Positions 8,306-15,365 of a stretch of 36,002 nt of DNA are shown here, piece by piece. This DNA is from an uncultured Candidatus Saccharibacteria bacterium (GTDB taxonomy: Bacteria; Patescibacteriota; WWE3; UBA101185; UBA10185): positions 3,996-39,997 of the forward strand of contig CAZMKN010000003.1 in assembly GCA_964567095.1 (NCBI GenBank), given 5' to 3'. The position numbers and the translations under genes are program-made. The notes under the pieces are model-generated. The model did no database searches. It worked only from the letters and a program-made list of their open reading frames with translations, and was not told the origin of the DNA. Each line of letters opens with the position of its first letter. Position 1 is the first letter of the stretch.

Positions 8306-9014
8306 TTTTGACAGCATGGACTAATAGTCTTTTCAACTTTGTTCCAGGAGGTATACAGGTCATTAGCGTTACTGTTGACTCATTTAGAAATGTTGGTTTA
8401 GTTTCTTCTAGGGGATTTACCTCCGCCGGGTATAATGTTTCTTTATTTTCCACTAGATAAGTGAATTTATGATTTTTGGACTCTACAATAATCTCATCTC
8501 CTATTTCTAGTTTTTCAAGTGTGGAAAAGATTGTCTTATAATTCTTAGGGTTGAAGAACCACGGTAATACTGAATGCCCGTATATAAAACTATTTCCCGG
8601 CTGTCCTGGAAGCGCTGATCCCGCATAATGCCCCAGTGAATTTTTCGGATCCATTGAAGTGGAATTTACTTCTACTACTGCCTTTTCAATGTCAAGCTTG
8701 GGTATTGTGAGATAAAATCTGTCTATATTTTCGGCTACTTTTGTTTCTCCATTTTCGCTTGATAACTCTTCAAACTCAAAGTCCTTAAATCCGCTCATTA
8801 CACCCAAAACACTAGACTCCATAATAGTAGCACTCGACTTTTTGGTCGATTTAAAAAAGGCCAGTGGTAATATAACCTGTGTTCCTAAGATTAAAGTCCC
8901 ACCCAAGATCAATGTTAAAGGTAATATCCGGCTTTTCACCAAGAACTTTCCGCTTCTCACTCTATATATAGGATCGTGAGATTCATCTTTTATGTATATC
9001 TTTTTGGAGTCCAT
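8298..9014 (-). CDS. Sortase family transpeptidase
   Basis: It has an N-terminal TM anchor. Catalytic-triad contexts are present: FIYGHS (His), TLMTCIPPG (TLxTC Cys) and KRLLVHA (Arg). It converges on the VPDTG gene with an 8-nt overlap. Confidence 0.8.
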   Translation of the reverse strand: MDSKKIYIKDESHDPIYRVRSGKFLVKSRILPLTLILGGTLILGTQVILPLAFFKSTKKSSATIMESSVLGVMSGFKDFEFEELSSENGETKVAENIDRFYLTIPKLDIEKAVVEVNSTSMDPKNSLGHYAGSALPGQPGNSFIYGHSVLPWFFNPKNYKTIFSTLEKLEIGDEIIVESKNHKFTYLVENKETLYPAEVNPLEETKPTFLNESTVTLMTCIPPGTKLKRLLVHAVKIN

Positions 9015-9015
9015 T

Positions 9016-9720
9016 TTAATCTCTTTTTTTGGTTATTTTTTCTATAGTCAATACATTTATTATGTTTTCGGATATCAGCCCCAATTTTAGGTCTCTATCC
9101 GTTTTATAAAAGTGCTCATAGAGTTCCACGATTTGTTTTCCGGTAAATTCCTTTGCCTGGAGTCTGGCCTTATTTTTGACGAAAGGGGAGGCTGAGAAAT
9201 TTGCCCCAAATTTAATTTTAGCTATATTTCTTAGTTGGTATAAAAGCATCGAGTGTATTTTAAAGGCCGGTTCCCCCTTTTCTTCCAGTTTTTTAAGTGA
9301 TTGATAGGCCTTTTTCTTATTTTTAGTATAAACTGTATCCAAAAAGTTAAATACCATAAAATCCTTTTTCTCTCTCAGCTTTATCAGTTCAGCATCTTTT
9401 ATTGTCGCAATATTTTTAAGGATTTTACTGTTTGCTCGATACGTTTTGCTCGTCTTGAAAACTAAATGGGTATCTTTTGGTAACCCGCCGATATTTTCTA
9501 AAATCTTAATAAGAGTTTTATCTGTGGTAGAGCCGACTTCGACAAGGAATAAGTTTTTAAACCCAAATATGCTTGGCGTTGTGACTTTGCTCGCAAATTC
9601 TGCCAACGTTAACTCGGTTAAATTTATTTCTATTTTTTCTTGTGGGTTTATTTTTTTAACGATCTCCGCAACCTTCCTTTGTTCCGAAAGGTCGTTTTGC
9701 CCGTATATGAAATAAATCAT
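9016..9720 (-). CDS. holA: DNA polymerase III delta subunit-like protein (short form)
   Basis: Matching features: the start MIYFIYGQNDLSEQ, the loop TPSIFGFKNLFLVEV (compare pSlF...rlv.v), and a helical C-half with FNFLDTVYTKNKKKAYQSLKKLEEKGEPAFKIHSMLLYQLRNI. At 234 aa it is shorter than typical HolA. Confidence 0.55.
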   Translation of the reverse strand: MIYFIYGQNDLSEQRKVAEIVKKINPQEKIEINLTELTLAEFASKVTTPSIFGFKNLFLVEVGSTTDKTLIKILENIGGLPKDTHLVFKTSKTYRANSKILKNIATIKDAELIKLREKKDFMVFNFLDTVYTKNKKKAYQSLKKLEEKGEPAFKIHSMLLYQLRNIAKIKFGANFSASPFVKNKARLQAKEFTGKQIVELYEHFYKTDRDLKLGLISENIINVLTIEKITKKRD

Positions 9721-11912
9721 TGGTTTTCCGGGATTTTATTAAGGTCTATACTTCCTGAGGACTCATCTCTTTGTGGCTGTATTGTATTCATCTGGTCAAT
9801 AATAGTTGTCTCTATTTGTTTTGGTACCCAGGTTTTAGGTTTCTGTGCGTTGGTTTCTTCCCCCCGGTTTACCACGTGTGTTTTTGATTTTTCGATTTGG
9901 GCTAATCGCTCCTCATTCTCAGATGGTTTCTCCTCTCTTTGGGGCGGCATAGGTTCCTTTTGTTCTGCAGCGTTTTGAGTTTTAGGCGCATGTCCCTCCT
10001 TTACGTTTCCTTCCTTGTCGAAGGTGCTATATTTGTCGGGCTCGACGTGTTTGAAGGGCTCATATTTAGGTTTCGCCATAGGCTTTTCTTTTTCTTGGAT
10101 GATCCCTTCTTTTCTAAGTTTCAATAATTCCTTAGGATCTGTGGTTATTAGTTTATGCTCCTCAGAAGAGGCCTTAATCCTTATAGCTACATGATTAGTT
10201 CCCGCAAAAAAGAGCCCCTCCCCTATTCCGGCACCTAGTAGTAATCTTTTCTCTCCCTCGGATAGATAGAAGGTTTCCGCAACAAGCTCAATCGCGGCAG
10301 GATGTTGTTTTAATAGTATTTGTATGGATGAATTTGTGACTATGGCCTTTCCATATTCTGATTTCAAAAAGTCATCTACATCCTGCGAAATTGTGGTTAA
10401 TCCTAGATAGTACTTTCTGGCCCTTTTCGCAATCCCATAAATAAATCTTGCACTGTCTTCGTTTTCCATGAGATACCAAGCTTCTTCGACTATAAGTACC
10501 CTTTTTTTTAGGTCTCTTCGAATGGTTGTCCAAACGAAATCTAATATTATGTAAAAAGCTATTGGTCTGAGAAGATCTTCCAAGTTTTTGGTAGAGAAAA
10601 CGGTCATATTGTTATTTATATCTACTGTCGTTTGTGAATCAAAAATCCCCGCCAAGGATCCTCTCACATACTTTTCCAATCTTCCAGCCATATTGTGCGC
10701 CTCTTGCTCAGCCGCTCCTAGCAGGACTTTGTATAAATCTTCCATTACAGGCGGTTCCTTAGCCATTTGCGTGTCAGGATCTGTTGTAATTCCTTTTAAT
10801 CTGTACGTTTCGATCAGAGCTCTGTCTAAAACAGCTTCTTCTGTTGGAGACAATTCTCCCATCATCAGTTTTAGAAGCGTATGAAGTGAAAGTACCTTCT
10901 GCCCAAGCTCATTCGCACCCTCCATAGCTATTCCGGATAGATCGAATGGGTTAATTTTACCTGTTGAGCTTGCTGAAAAGTCTATGTAATTTCCGCCTAC
11001 CGCATCACATAATGTCCTGTATTCCTCTTCAGGATCGATTATCATCACTTGGGCTCCGAATATCATTAATCGTAAGGCCTCAAGTTTTACGAAGTAGGAT
11101 TTACCGGCACCTGATTTAGCAAAGACCACTGAATTAGCGTTTTCTAGTGAAAACCTATCGAAAATTATAAGGGAGCCGTTATGGCGATTGATCCCATACA
11201 TTATTCCCTCGTCCATTGTTAATTCAGACGAAGTGAATGGAAACGTTGTGGCTAGGCTGGTAGTGTCCATGTTTCTCGTAATGAGAAGTTTGTCCATTCC
11301 CGTGGGTACAGTGGATTGAAAGGCTTCTTCCATCTGAAGAGTTGCTGTCTTAGATATTAGTAGCAAAGAGCCTAAGGTCGACTCCAGTTTGGAAGTTACA
11401 TTATTCAGTTCTTCCAAGGAATTTGCAGGAATCGTTATGTAAAAAGAAAATTGAAAGTATTTTTCCACACCCTTTACGAGTTGTTCCTGTAATGTGTTGG
11501 CATCCTCCAGAGCTACTTTAACTGCTGGATCTGTTATTTTTCCTTTTTCCCTGTCTGACATTGTTGTTGCCTCTAGCTCGGTAATTTTTCTGCGCAAATC
11601 GTCCAAAATCATTTTTGCTTTTACCGGGTAGTAAAACATAGACATGTCAATTGTGTGCTCGAAGTTGATTACCGGCGCTAACCAATTAGCGCCTACAAAT
11701 CGCGGGTACCCCGATATGAAAAGAGTTCTGTAGTATGAGTTTCCAATTTTTATATGATTAAAATCTACTTCCAGAGCAGAGGGTGCGATGATATCTTTTA
11801 TGTCTATCATTCCTTTGGACAAAGTTTCCGCGGGATTATTGACCGACTCTTGCGTTGGGTTTTTCTGATTTTCCTCTTTTCCTGTTTTTTTCGTGATAAA
11901 TGGTAGGTTCAT
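9717..11912 (-). CDS. VirB4/TrbE/PrgJ-like type IV secretion ATPase (AAA_10/DUF87-type) with a disordered C-terminal tail
   Basis: Motifs found: Walker A FAKSGAGKSYFVK, Walker B RVLIVEEAWYLM (the DEAW-type box of VirB4), and TTISQDVDDF. The N-terminal domain (IDIKDIIAPSALEVDFNHIKIGNSYYRTLFISGYP) is typical of Gram-positive VirB4 homologues. GAGGAG lies 8 nt upstream of the ATG. Confidence 0.8.
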   Translation of the reverse strand: MNLPFITKKTGKEENQKNPTQESVNNPAETLSKGMIDIKDIIAPSALEVDFNHIKIGNSYYRTLFISGYPRFVGANWLAPVINFEHTIDMSMFYYPVKAKMILDDLRRKITELEATTMSDREKGKITDPAVKVALEDANTLQEQLVKGVEKYFQFSFYITIPANSLEELNNVTSKLESTLGSLLLISKTATLQMEEAFQSTVPTGMDKLLITRNMDTTSLATTFPFTSSELTMDEGIMYGINRHNGSLIIFDRFSLENANSVVFAKSGAGKSYFVKLEALRLMIFGAQVMIIDPEEEYRTLCDAVGGNYIDFSASSTGKINPFDLSGIAMEGANELGQKVLSLHTLLKLMMGELSPTEEAVLDRALIETYRLKGITTDPDTQMAKEPPVMEDLYKVLLGAAEQEAHNMAGRLEKYVRGSLAGIFDSQTTVDINNNMTVFSTKNLEDLLRPIAFYIILDFVWTTIRRDLKKRVLIVEEAWYLMENEDSARFIYGIAKRARKYYLGLTTISQDVDDFLKSEYGKAIVTNSSIQILLKQHPAAIELVAETFYLSEGEKRLLLGAGIGEGLFFAGTNHVAIRIKASSEEHKLITTDPKELLKLRKEGIIQEKEKPMAKPKYEPFKHVEPDKYSTFDKEGNVKEGHAPKTQNAAEQKEPMPPQREEKPSENEERLAQIEKSKTHVVNRGEETNAQKPKTWVPKQIETTIIDQMNTIQPQRDESSGSIDLNKIPENQ

Positions 11913-11917
11913 TTGCG

Positions 11918-12616
11918 TTACTCCTCAAAAATGGCTGGATTTACTATGGCCGTTTGATAATCTTCCACTTTAGTCTGAATCCTTTGTCCGTGCACGGCGC
12001 TCGGGTTATAAATATCGAAATACAACTCCACAAGTTCTTGCGTATTTAATTGTTCAGCTTTTATTCCCAATCGTCTAAATTCCTTTTTAATATGAGCTGT
12101 TTTTGGTTCCAGCTCTATTTTTGCATTTTTAAGTGCTTTTTGTACATTTACGTTTACCCTTTTGGTATTGGTTCCTAGTAAACGCGTAAGAAACTCAAAG
12201 GGATTGGATATAGATTCTTTACTGATAGCCGTATTTGTGGATAGTATGACGTAAAATTTTTTGTCTAGAACTTCATTTGTTGTAATGGTTTCCTGGACGA
12301 ATTTTCTATAAGCTTCCGCTTGATGTTTGAGAAGTGGGTCCTCTATCTTATTTTCCACTTGAATTACTTTTTGCAGGTAGCTGGAAATATCTAGTTTTTT
12401 GGAGCGTAGAACTATTTGAAGTGGAAACGTTATTGAATTGATTAACATTGAAAACGCCGCAATAATAGCATCTTGCTCAATCTCTGAAAGTAGATCAAAA
12501 TTAACCGCAGTTGTTTTTAACACAGCAGCAGCAGCGCCATTTTTTAGGATAACCAGGTTTTCCTTTATGTCCTCGATGTCTAAATGTTGTTGTGTTGTGG
12601 CAGTAATTCTTGACAT
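11918..12616 (-). CDS. Hypothetical soluble protein of the VirB4 module (resembles a stand-alone VirB4 N-terminal domain)
   Basis: It lies 3 nt downstream of the PrgI-like gene and 5 nt upstream of the VirB4-like gene. The pattern HLDIEDIKENLVILKNGAAAAVLKTTAVNFDLLSEIEQDAIIAAFSMLINSITFPLQIVLRS parallels the N-terminal region of VirB4-family ATPases. There is no Walker motif and no TM. Confidence 0.5.
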   Translation of the reverse strand: MSRITATTQQHLDIEDIKENLVILKNGAAAAVLKTTAVNFDLLSEIEQDAIIAAFSMLINSITFPLQIVLRSKKLDISSYLQKVIQVENKIEDPLLKHQAEAYRKFVQETITTNEVLDKKFYVILSTNTAISKESISNPFEFLTRLLGTNTKRVNVNVQKALKNAKIELEPKTAHIKKEFRRLGIKAEQLNTQELVELYFDIYNPSAVHGQRIQTKVEDYQTAIVNPAIFEE

Positions 12617-12619
12617 TTT

Positions 12620-13966
12620 TTAACGACCTATAATCTCAAATGAGGGCAAAAGCCCGCCCTTTATTTCAAGAGGAATTATATCAAAGGCTAGGTTCGTTTG
12701 TTTAGCTCCATCTACCTCTAATTTATATTTTCCGTTTGCTAAAGGTGTCGAAACGAGAAATCTCCCGACTTTATCTGTTTTTAAGGCTCTTATAGGCTCT
12801 CCTTTCTCATTTTTTATTACAATTACCACTCCTTGGATATGTTCGCCCCTACGGTTTTTTATCATCCCCGATACTATATTTGGTCTTTTCACCATGGAAG
12901 GTATTTGCCGCACGCTTAATTTCTTTTCCATTTCTTTTTCTCTCTGAGTTTGACTCAGAAGTTTTCGCATCTTCTTGTTTTTTTCCTCGATGGTTCTGTC
13001 ATCCTCTCTCGAGATCTGTATCACTTTTTCACCTCTTATGGGCAGCACGATCCGTCCTTGGTTTAGAGTTAAGTTAACGAACTTACGCCCTGAGTGTTGC
13101 ATTAGAGGTCGTAGAGGAATTATTCCTCGCGATTTTCCCTCATCTAAGGGTTTCATTTTCGATTTTTTTATTTTGGCTTCGACGATTTTATTTATTTTCG
13201 TTTGCCTAGCAATTGCTGCCGTTTCCCTCTCACTTTTTTCTAGCTCCTTTTTCTTTGCTTTCTTGTGTTGTTCTTCAGAGGTTGTATCTTGTGTTTGTAT
13301 TGGTTTTTTCCCCCCGACCATGTCTTCTTTCTTTCCCGCTTCCTTTGTTGGTCTTGTCAATTTTTCCCGGGTTTCCAAAGAGGGTTGCGCACTTTGAATT
13401 GCGGTGCCTTTCGCGGGTGTTACAGTAGTAGGTTGGGCTCTTTGGGCTACCGTTCTTTCCTCCGTTTTAAATGCTTCTCGTACCATAGCTATATAGGCTT
13501 CTTCGGGAATATCCAAAGGGTCTTTTTTTTCTGTACGTCCTCGTTGATCCAGATACTCTTCTAATTTCCTTCTGCTAGCTGTTGGTGCAAGTGTTATCAA
13601 TTCCTGTTGTACAAAATGTAGACTTTGTTCGTAAGCCAGCCCTACAGGAATTCTCCACTCCTTTTTCCAGATTCTTTCTGTGGGTATATTTATGGCCTTA
13701 AGGAAGTTTATGACCCACTCATCTAACCCTCTATCTTCATAAGGAACGAATGCAAAACCGAGTCCTGTTAGTCCTAGCCCTATAACAAAGAACCACGTGA
13801 AGGGTTGTGGAACTGAGAGCTTAGCCATGTATGCTGCTATTGCAAAAACTAGGACGTACACGAATTGTCTCATCGTAAGTTCTCCTATGAGTTTGAATTC
13901 CACATCCATTATGTTTTGAGGGACGGCATGTTGCTTGTTGGTTAGCGGTTGATTTTGGGCGGGCAT
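12620..13966 (-). CDS. PrgI/VirB3-like membrane protein with a long charged extension and a C-terminal beta-sandwich domain
   Basis: The N-terminus VPQNIMDVEFKLIGELTMRQFVYVLVFAIAAYM plus a second TM (FTWFFVIGLGLTGLGFAFV) matches the PrgI-family pattern (vP.di...e.k..g.lT.RQ). About 250 aa of K/E/T-rich low-complexity sequence follows. The end, IVSGMIKNRRGEHIQGVVIVIKNEKGEPIRALKTDKVGRFLVSTPLANGKYKLEV, looks like a carboxypeptidase-regulatory-like domain. Confidence 0.6.
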   Translation of the reverse strand: MPAQNQPLTNKQHAVPQNIMDVEFKLIGELTMRQFVYVLVFAIAAYMAKLSVPQPFTWFFVIGLGLTGLGFAFVPYEDRGLDEWVINFLKAINIPTERIWKKEWRIPVGLAYEQSLHFVQQELITLAPTASRRKLEEYLDQRGRTEKKDPLDIPEEAYIAMVREAFKTEERTVAQRAQPTTVTPAKGTAIQSAQPSLETREKLTRPTKEAGKKEDMVGGKKPIQTQDTTSEEQHKKAKKKELEKSERETAAIARQTKINKIVEAKIKKSKMKPLDEGKSRGIIPLRPLMQHSGRKFVNLTLNQGRIVLPIRGEKVIQISREDDRTIEEKNKKMRKLLSQTQREKEMEKKLSVRQIPSMVKRPNIVSGMIKNRRGEHIQGVVIVIKNEKGEPIRALKTDKVGRFLVSTPLANGKYKLEVDGAKQTNLAFDIIPLEIKGGLLPSFEIIGR

Positions 13967-13973
13967 TGTTTAA

Positions 13974-13979
13974 ATTATA
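13974..13979 (-). promoter_or_regulatory. Candidate -10 box (TATAAT) immediately upstream of the PrgI-like gene
   Basis: The minus strand reads TTGCGTATAATTTAAACA-ATG. A perfect TATAAT ends 7 nt before the A of the ATG (13966). No convincing -35 is present, and the genome is AT-rich, so a chance match is possible. Confidence 0.3.
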
Positions 13980-13988
13980 CGCAAGTTT

Positions 13989-15236
13989 TTATTTTATTTC
14001 TTCGATTATCTCACTCATCTTTTTTAAGGTAGTTTCGTTTTCGCTTCGTAATTTAAGTTCTATCTTATCTCCAGTTTTTTTCGAGATCACGAGCCTATAT
14101 GGAATTCCTATTAAATCTGTATCTGCAAATTTTTCCCCCGCTCCCACGTCGGTTCTATTGTCAAATAAAACCTCTATGTTTTCCCTTTCAAGTCGTTCAT
14201 AAACTTTTTTTGCCTTTTCTTCAACAACTGGATCTTCCAGATTTAATCCCACTAAATGTGCACGGAATGGCGCTATGTTTTTTGGCCAAATAATGCCGTT
14301 TTTGTCCGAGTTAATTTCCACAACCGTGCCCAAGCACCTTCCAAGTCCTATGCCGTAACTGCCCATTATAACAGGTTTTTGCTCACCAGTTTTATCTGTA
14401 TATAGTAATTCTAAAGGTTCTGAAAATCTTGTTTTTAACTTAAAAATGTTTCCAACCTCTATTGCCCTTACTATTTCCAACTTGCTCTCTTCCAACCCCA
14501 AATCCCTTAATACCTCCTCGGTACGAACATCCTCGTTGACAGCTAGCCTTTTCTCCCTGTCTAAATAAATAACGTCTTCTCCTGTCTCACAGATTGTTTG
14601 AAACTCATGACTATATTTCGAAAAGGCGCCCCCACTCGAGAAAGTAAGAAAAGTTTTCTCTCCCAGACCCAATCTGTTAAAAATATTAAAGTACGCTTGT
14701 TTTACCTTTTCATAAAAGATATTTAGAGCTTCCTCATCTTTATTAAATGAGTAAAGGTCTTTCATCACAAATTCTCTGGTTCTGAGTATCCCTCCTTTTG
14801 ATCGTAGTTCGTTCCTGAATTTTGTTTGAAATTGGAACAAATACTTAGGTAGATCTTTATATGAATGGATGAATTGTTTCGCCAATTTTGTTAGCGGTTC
14901 TTCATGAGTCGTTGCTAAACCTACTTCCGTTTCATTTTTAAGTTTAGTTTTAAACCACACGTCTAATACCTCGTCATTCCACCTATCGGTTTTTTTCCAT
15001 ACCTCCGGATTTTGCAAGCTTCCCATAAGTAACTCTTGTCCACCAATTGCTTCCATTTCCTTTCTTATAATCTGGAGTATTTTGTCTAGGACACGTTTCC
15101 CCAAAGGGAGATATGTATAAACTCCCGCCATTTCTTTGTGTATAAACCCCGCTTGAATTAAGAGTTGTGCGCTCTTACATATTTCATCCGCGGGAGGCTC
15201 TCTTCTAGTTTTTAGTAAAAGTTTGGTATAAAGCAT
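13989..15236 (-). CDS. proS: Prolyl-tRNA synthetase, a short bacterial-type form without the INS editing domain
   Basis: The start is MLYTKLLLKTRREPPADEICKSAQLLIQAGFIHKEMAGVYTYLPLG. Class II motif 2 is FRNELRSKGGILRTREFVMKDLYSF. SHEF..GEDVIY and EVGNIFKLKTRFSE are also present. Motif 3 is GSYGIGLGRCLG. A C-terminal anticodon-binding domain follows. Confidence 0.9.
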   Translation of the reverse strand: MLYTKLLLKTRREPPADEICKSAQLLIQAGFIHKEMAGVYTYLPLGKRVLDKILQIIRKEMEAIGGQELLMGSLQNPEVWKKTDRWNDEVLDVWFKTKLKNETEVGLATTHEEPLTKLAKQFIHSYKDLPKYLFQFQTKFRNELRSKGGILRTREFVMKDLYSFNKDEEALNIFYEKVKQAYFNIFNRLGLGEKTFLTFSSGGAFSKYSHEFQTICETGEDVIYLDREKRLAVNEDVRTEEVLRDLGLEESKLEIVRAIEVGNIFKLKTRFSEPLELLYTDKTGEQKPVIMGSYGIGLGRCLGTVVEINSDKNGIIWPKNIAPFRAHLVGLNLEDPVVEEKAKKVYERLERENIEVLFDNRTDVGAGEKFADTDLIGIPYRLVISKKTGDKIELKLRSENETTLKKMSEIIEEIK

Positions 15237-15365
15237 TGTTTCTCTACTAAGTAAAATAACAAGAAATAGTTACAACAACAAGTAATACTCATTACACTGA
15301 ATGCCCGAATTTTAATTATCAGATAGTTAAGAGGTTCGCAAGGAAGTCTTGCGAAAAAATAAGAA

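Noticed and set aside
12880-13564. A cluster of plus-strand ORFs (65, 140, 71 and 99 aa) lies opposite the PrgI-like gene.
   Set aside because: They are Phe/Leu/Ser/Cys-rich mirror images of the K/E-rich (AAG/GAA) low-complexity coding region on the minus strand. They have no start context or recognisable motifs and are classic antisense shadow ORFs.
9717-13966. Interpretation of the VirB4/PrgI genes as part of an integrated conjugative element or plasmid fragment.
   Set aside because: The window contains no relaxase, coupling protein, integrase or recombinase, replication or partition genes, direct-repeat borders or tRNA target. The genes are translationally packed with proS and a holA-like gene. 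This remains open only if mobile-element genes lie outside the window.
15335-15355. An 8-bp perfect hairpin, TTCGCAAG-gaagt-CTTGCGAA, lies just downstream of the YopX stop codon.
   Set aside because: In the minus-strand transcript the U-run precedes the stem rather than following it, and on the plus strand an A-run follows the stem. It is therefore not a canonical intrinsic terminator. It may be a stabilising stem-loop, but I cannot support a call.
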